From the NCBI GenBank assembly GCA_040377305.1, contig JBEIPA010000002.1, forward strand, positions 96,001 to 160,000: DNA of 64,000 bases, given 5' to 3'. A program made the translations under genes and the position numbers. The notes beneath the pieces were generated by a model, which saw only the letters and a program-made list of their open reading frames with translations, searched no databases and was not told the origin of the DNA. This document shows positions 58,841 through 64,000 of this stretch, one piece after another (position 1 is the first letter of the stretch; the number at the start of each line of letters is the position of its first letter). Source of the stretch: Flavobacteriales bacterium (GTDB lineage Bacteria > Bacteroidota > Bacteroidia > Palsa-965).

Positions 58841-59946
58841 TATTTCTTTTGTGCTTGTATGAGGGTTAATATTTCACCAGCTATGAGATCGGCTGCATTC
58901 GGTGTGGCCATCTGACCAATCTTAACTTCCAATTCGGTTCGCATTGTCTCATCCGCGAAAAGCTCAAGAATCTTCTTCGTAAGTTTTGAAGTTGCTTCTA
59001 CATCCTTTACCAACACTGCAGCACCTTTATTCACCAACGCCATTGCATTTTTCGTTTGGTGATCTTCTGCAACGTTCGGTGAAGGAACGAGAATGGACGC
59101 TTTCGCAACCAGACACAATTCAGAAACCGAACTTGCGCCAGCCCTCGAGACTACCAAGTCAGCTGCCGCGTATGCTAAATCCATTTTTGTAATAAAGTCG
59201 TTTACGAATACTCCTTCTAAACCTTCGGTGACTTTTTTTGCTTCCGGCAGAAATGCCTTTCCGGTCTGCCAAATTACCTGATAACCCGCAGAAGTGATTT
59301 CTTTGATTCCAGCAGCCATGCTCTGATTTAGCGTTCGCGCGCCGAGGCTTCCTCCAATCACCAGCAACGTTTTCTTATCTGCACTTAATGAGAAAAACTC
59401 CATTGCCCGCGGATGCTTTCCTTGCAGATTCAAAATATCCTGTCGTACCGGGTTTCCTGTAAAAATGATTTTCTCCTGAGGGAAATATTTCTCCATTCCC
59501 TGATACGCCACACAAATACGACTCACACGTGCCGACAAAACACGATTTGTAATTCCGGGAAACGAATTTTGCTCCTGAATCAGAGTTGGAACACCTGCTT
59601 TTGATGCAACGCGTAACATGGGACCGCTCGCGTATCCACCTGTGCCAATTACTGCATTCGGTTTGAAATCACGCATAATCTTTTTTGCGCGCATCAAGCT
59701 ACTTAATACTTTGAACGGAAATGAAAGATTTGCAAACGTTAGTTTGCGCTGGAGACCGCTAATCCACAATCCAACAATTTTGTATCCAGCTGCAGGAACT
59801 TTTTCCATTTCCATTCTACCTTCTGCACCAACGAATAAAAATTCAGCATCAGGTACGCGCTGCTTTAACGCATTCGCAATTGCAATTGCCGGAAAGATGT
59901 GTCCACCCGTCCCTCCTCCACTCACGATGAACTTAAGCGGCTGCAA
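58840..59946 (-). CDS. murG: Lipid II GlcNAc transferase
   Basis: GGGTGGH, GGYAS, EQN, GNPVR, GGSLGA, SRAGA. Probable TTG start at 59946, 5 nt after AAGGAGG. Confidence 0.96.
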   Translation of the reverse strand: MQPLKFIVSGGGTGGHIFPAIAIANALKQRVPDAEFLFVGAEGRMEMEKVPAAGYKIVGLWISGLQRKLTFANLSFPFKVLSSLMRAKKIMRDFKPNAVIGTGGYASGPMLRVASKAGVPTLIQEQNSFPGITNRVLSARVSRICVAYQGMEKYFPQEKIIFTGNPVRQDILNLQGKHPRAMEFFSLSADKKTLLVIGGSLGARTLNQSMAAGIKEITSAGYQVIWQTGKAFLPEAKKVTEGLEGVFVNDFITKMDLAYAAADLVVSRAGASSVSELCLVAKASILVPSPNVAEDHQTKNAMALVNKGAAVLVKDVEATSKLTKKILELFADETMRTELEVKIGQMATPNAADLIAGEILTLIQAQKK

Positions 59947-61105
59947 CCTTGCCTCCTTCCGAAACGCCATCAGCGCCTTCACCATTTTCGCGACTCACAC
60001 TCAGAATTATTCCGACTGCTATGCTTGAGAATAAAAGTGATGTTCCACCCATGCTTATGAATGGCAATGTTTGTCCGGTAACAGGAAACAGGCTTACGTC
60101 AACCGCCATGTGAATCAGTGCCTGAAAGACGACACTGAATGCTAAACCAATTGCGAGCAAGGATCCGAATGTCTTATCTGATTGTGTCGAGACTCGCACT
60201 CCCCGGAAGAGCAAGATGAGAAAAAGAAGTGCAATGAATGCTCCTCCGATCAATCCGTATTCTTCAATTATACTTGCGTAAATGAAATCGGAATAAGGAT
60301 GCGGGAGAGAATTTCTCTGTGTGCTGTTACCTGCACCTTTCCCTATGATTCCTCCCGTTGCAATTGCAATTTTAGCCTGATCCGACTGCAATCGTTTATC
60401 CGGATCGAGTTCAGCATCGCTGGTGAAATTTACAATACGTGACTTCCACGTGTTCACTCGCGGAAGTGCATCTTCCCAAACGGTTGCAATTCCGAGAAGT
60501 AAAACAAAACCAAGAACACCTATTCCCAGAACTCCTGCAATATATTTGAGTTTCACCCGTCCGATAAACATCAGGATGAGACAGGTTGTGAAGAGAAGAG
60601 CTGCCGTAGAAAAATTCGCCGGAAGGATTAGTCCACAGATTAGCGCTACGGGAATCATTATATGAATGAGTACGACCTTAAAGTCGTTTATCTCATCTTG
60701 TTTTTGTGTGAGTACCCTTGCGAGATACATGATGAGTGCTAGTTTCGCAAAATCGGAAGGTTGGAATGTCAAACCGGTTCCTGGAATTGGAATCCATCGA
60801 TTTGCATCATTCAGATTTGTCCCGCTTAATAAAGTATACAACAACAGAGGAACAGCTGCAAACAACATCAGTTGAGAAATACGCGAGTAGTACGTGTACT
60901 TGATCCGATGAGTAATGAACATGAGAACCAGACCGAGTAAGATTGTACGTAAGTGACGAAACAAATAATACTCCGTATCGCCATCATGATGTTTGTAAGC
61001 CAAAGTCACAATGGTAGAATAAACCGCAGCCAGCGACAACAATGAAAGTAACACGACGATCATCCAGATCACCCTATCACCTTTGAAATAGCCGAATACG
61101 TTCAT
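59933..61105 (-). CDS. ftsW: SEDS-family cell division protein FtsW
   Basis: RWI..FQPSDFAK, GGIIGKG, DFIYASIIEEYG, PVTGQTLPFISMGG. Confidence 0.95.
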   Translation of the reverse strand: MNVFGYFKGDRVIWMIVVLLSLLSLAAVYSTIVTLAYKHHDGDTEYYLFRHLRTILLGLVLMFITHRIKYTYYSRISQLMLFAAVPLLLYTLLSGTNLNDANRWIPIPGTGLTFQPSDFAKLALIMYLARVLTQKQDEINDFKVVLIHIMIPVALICGLILPANFSTAALLFTTCLILMFIGRVKLKYIAGVLGIGVLGFVLLLGIATVWEDALPRVNTWKSRIVNFTSDAELDPDKRLQSDQAKIAIATGGIIGKGAGNSTQRNSLPHPYSDFIYASIIEEYGLIGGAFIALLFLILLFRGVRVSTQSDKTFGSLLAIGLAFSVVFQALIHMAVDVSLFPVTGQTLPFISMGGTSLLFSSIAVGIILSVSRENGEGADGVSEGGKVAAA

Positions 61106-61129
61106 CCTACAATTGTGATTTGATAATTA

Positions 61130-61639
61130 TCATTTCGTATATAATTCTGTCCTAACCGCGTCGCGGAAACTATTTCCACGATTGCGATAATTGTCAAACG
61201 CGTCATAACTCGGACAACCCGGTGCGAACAAAACCGACTTCGCATTGTTCCTGCTCAGTGTGTGTGCAGTTTTCACTGCTTCCTGGATATAAGTTGCACG
61301 GACAATAAGGTGAGCGCTCCCGCTAAAAGCCTCTACATATTTCCATGGCGTTGTTCCTAAACAAACAACTGCTGCAACCTTCTCCTTTATTAAACCACTG
61401 AGCTTGTACTGATCGCTTGCACGATCTGTACCGCCAATTATCAGCACCACCGGACCTTGTACATCGCGTAGTGCCAACCAGGCGAGATCAGTTGTCGTTG
61501 CCATAGAATGATTGATCCATGCAACTCCATCCTTCTCACACACCGTTTCAAAACAGTGCGATTCGTCGCCCTGCATTTTGAGACGTGCATTGATCAGCTC
61601 TTGCTGTTGTGAAAGTGTTTGATCGGTGGTTAAGTACAT
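61130..61639 (-). CDS. Stand-alone MurD C-terminal-domain paralog
   Basis: Aligns by eye to the last ~150 aa of the adjacent MurD (WINHSMAT, LIIGGTDR, VLFAPGCPSYDAFDNYRNRGNSF). Confidence 0.8.
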   Translation of the reverse strand: MYLTTDQTLSQQQELINARLKMQGDESHCFETVCEKDGVAWINHSMATTTDLAWLALRDVQGPVVLIIGGTDRASDQYKLSGLIKEKVAAVVCLGTTPWKYVEAFSGSAHLIVRATYIQEAVKTAHTLSRNNAKSVLFAPGCPSYDAFDNYRNRGNSFRDAVRTELYTK

Positions 61640-61658
61640 ACCGCTCTAATTTTTCTGA

Positions 61659-62993
61659 TTAAAGTGAACGAACTGCATTCTTAAACTGACGCCCGCGATC
61701 TTCATAATTTTCAAAAAGGTCGAAACTTGCGCAAGCGGGTGACAACAATACAGTGTCGCCCTTTTTCGCAAGTCGATACGAGAGGTTCACAGCTTCCTGA
61801 GCAGATCCCGCTTCGACGATGTTCTCAACTTTATCTCCAAACGCGGCAATGATCTTTGAATTGTCTGTGCCAAGGCAAACGATAGCATGCACTTTCGTCT
61901 GAACAAGTTCAAACAACTGACTGTAGTCGTTCCCTTTGTCGACACCGCCAACAATCCAAACAATGGATCCATTAACGCTTTCAAGTGCGTACCATGTAGA
62001 ATTTACATTAGTAGCCTTTGAATCATTTACCCAATCAATGTTATTGATACGGCCAACTGGTTCGAGGCGATGTTCAACACTCTGAAAGTCGGAAAGACTT
62101 TCACGTATTGCCTCTTTGCGCACTTCAACAAGACGTGCAGCGATGCCTGCTGCCATTGAATTGTATGCGTTGTGCCTTCCTTGTAATGCGAGTTCTTCGA
62201 TGTTCATAGTTAGCGGGTTGTTATTAGCGTTAATTGTTATCTGATTATTGGATATGTATGCGCCTGGATTAGGTTCTTTTAGGAGCGAGAATGGAAACTG
62301 CTTTGCGATGATGGTGCGTGACTGAATTTCTTTAGCAGAAACTTCATCATCGAGACACCAGATCAATGCATCGTCGGAAGTCTGATTCTGAATGATGCGC
62401 AATTTCGATGCAGCATAGTTTTCCATTTTGTATTCGTAGCGGTCGAGGTGATCAGGAGTAATATTTGTGATCACTGCAACATGGGCACGAAACGTAAACA
62501 TGTCGTCGAGCTGATAGCTGCTGAGTTCAAGTACAAAATATTCGTACTTGTTCTCTGAAACGAGCTGTGCAAAACTGTGTCCTACGTTTCCACCCAATGC
62601 CACATTATACCCTGCTTTGTGCAGGATGTGGTGAATGAGTGTTGCGGTAGTTGTTTTGCCATTGCTGCCTGTTACACAAATCATTTTTGCGTTTGTGTAA
62701 CGACCTGCGAACTCAATTTCAGATATCACCGGAATTCCTTTTGCTTTGATTTTTTGAATCATCGCAACTGTGGGTGGAATTCCCGGACTCTTAACAACTT
62801 CATCGGCATTCAGAATGAGATCTTCAGTATGCTGAAGCTCTTCCCATTCAATTCCAAGATTTAAAAGAACGTCTTTGTACTTCTGTTTAATTGCACTTTT
62901 ATCTGAAACAAATACTTCGTATCCCTTTTGCTTCGCCAGCACTGCGGTTCCGGTACCACTCTCTCCTGCTCCAAGGATCACCAACCGCTTCAT
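61659..62993 (-). CDS. murD: UDP-N-acetylmuramoyl-L-alanine--D-glutamate ligase
   Basis: KSPG, TGSNGKTT, ELSSYQL, DHLDRY, HRLE, NDSKATN, LSPACASFD. Confidence 0.97.
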   Translation of the reverse strand: MKRLVILGAGESGTGTAVLAKQKGYEVFVSDKSAIKQKYKDVLLNLGIEWEELQHTEDLILNADEVVKSPGIPPTVAMIQKIKAKGIPVISEIEFAGRYTNAKMICVTGSNGKTTTATLIHHILHKAGYNVALGGNVGHSFAQLVSENKYEYFVLELSSYQLDDMFTFRAHVAVITNITPDHLDRYEYKMENYAASKLRIIQNQTSDDALIWCLDDEVSAKEIQSRTIIAKQFPFSLLKEPNPGAYISNNQITINANNNPLTMNIEELALQGRHNAYNSMAAGIAARLVEVRKEAIRESLSDFQSVEHRLEPVGRINNIDWVNDSKATNVNSTWYALESVNGSIVWIVGGVDKGNDYSQLFELVQTKVHAIVCLGTDNSKIIAAFGDKVENIVEAGSAQEAVNLSYRLAKKGDTVLLSPACASFDLFENYEDRGRQFKNAVRSL

Positions 62994-62996
62994 GTG

Positions 62997-64000
62997 CTAT
63001 CGCAGTTTTAACGTGACAATCGCCAATACACCAAGCATGATTCCGATAATCCAAAAGCGGTTTACAATTTTTGATTCGTGGTAACCCTTTTTCTGGTAAT
63101 GGTGGTGAAGTGGTGACATCAAAAACAACCTGTTTGCTTTCGCGTAGTCCGCACCAAATTTTTTCTTGCGATACTTAAACACCGCAACCTGGAGCACCAC
63201 AGAAACATTCTCCACGAGGAATACACCACAGATAATCGGGATGAGTAATTCTTTTCTGATTGCAATTGCAAACACTGCGATGATTCCACCCAATGCAAGG
63301 CTCCCGGTATCTCCCATGAACACCTGCGCCGGATAAGAGTTGTACCACAGGAATCCAACACATGCACCAATGAATGCAGCGATGAAGATTACCAACTCTC
63401 CCGTATCAGGGATATACATGATGTTGAGGTAATCAGAGAAAATGGTGTTGCCTGATACATACGCGAGTATCCCCAGAATTACTCCGATGATTGCCGATGT
63501 TCCTGCAGCCAGTCCATCAATTCCATCTGTGACATTCGCACCATTAGAAACAGCAGTGATTATGAAGATCACGATCGGAATAAAAATAATCCACGACCAT
63601 TCACACGCTTTCTCACCAAACACACACATAATTTGTGCGTAGTCGAATTCATTATTCTTTACAAATGGAATTGTCGTAACCAGAGAATGTTTTTCCTCGG
63701 TATACTGTGCGGGAGTTATCACGGTGGAAGTTATTCCCGAATCCAAATTCATTTTGAACTGATCCGTTGAAGCAGGAGCAATCTTCTCCTTCACCACAAC
63801 AGCATCATTGAAGTACAGTGTGCATCCTACGATTAGTCCAAGGACGATTTGTCCCAATACTTTGAATTTTCCGTGTAGACCCTTTTTGTCCTTCTTGAAA
63901 ACTTTGATGTAGTCATCGAGAAATCCGATCATACCTAGCCAAATCGTGGTGATGATCATGAGGATGATGTAAACGTTTTCGAGTCGTGCAAAAAGAAGAG
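62997..64000 (-). CDS. mraY: Phospho-N-acetylmuramoyl-pentapeptide transferase (5' part outside the window)
   Basis: [32 protein letters not shown]. Confidence 0.96.
   Translation of the reverse strand, partial: LLFARLENVYIILMIITTIWLGMIGFLDDYIKVFKKDKKGLHGKFKVLGQIVLGLIVGCTLYFNDAVVVKEKIAPASTDQFKMNLDSGITSTVITPAQYTEEKHSLVTTIPFVKNNEFDYAQIMCVFGEKACEWSWIIFIPIVIFIITAVSNGANVTDGIDGLAAGTSAIIGVILGILAYVSGNTIFSDYLNIMYIPDTGELVIFIAAFIGACVGFLWYNSYPAQVFMGDTGSLALGGIIAVFAIAIRKELLIPIICGVFLVENVSVVLQVAVFKYRKKKFGADYAKANRLFLMSPLHHHYQKKGYHESKIVNRFWIIGIMLGVLAIVTLKLR

Noticed and set aside
61130-61639. Frameshifted fragment or pseudogene of murD
   Set aside because: The adjacent murD is complete, and this ORF is highly diverged yet uninterrupted with its own ATG, so it was treated as a paralog.

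Overview
Core chromosomal segment of a Bacteroidota bacterium. This rests on gldKLMN/PorP T9SS genes, T9SS C-terminal domains and TAnnTTTG -7 promoters. In order it holds: a truncated OM beta-barrel gene, small hypotheticals, a TonB receptor with a DUF4249 lipoprotein, and trxB. The his operon is split in two: hisGDCB lies under a His-rich attenuator, and trpG-hisHAF-IE lies under a second attenuator whose leader has no Trp codons. A 5 kb opposite-strand island sits between the halves. Next come ChaN, ABC-F, AI-2E and DUF2461, then a gliding/T9SS core locus with two PorP paralogs and three gldN paralogs. After that are an arginase-like gene, topA, miaB-sigma54 regulator-lptE-TPR-secG, groESL, and the distal dcw cluster (mraY to yqeY). 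The main oddities are a 1012-aa FtsZ with a 472-aa acidic N-terminal extension and a plausible internal start, a stand-alone degenerate MurD C-terminal-domain gene, and a 32-nt palindromic element inserted in frame in two unrelated proteins. Also notable are strong Shine-Dalgarno sites and a shared ECF-like promoter confined to gld/porP genes, and many REP-like and short tandem repeats. No tRNA, rRNA, CRISPR or transposase was seen. All calls come from motif recognition by eye; no database searches were run.
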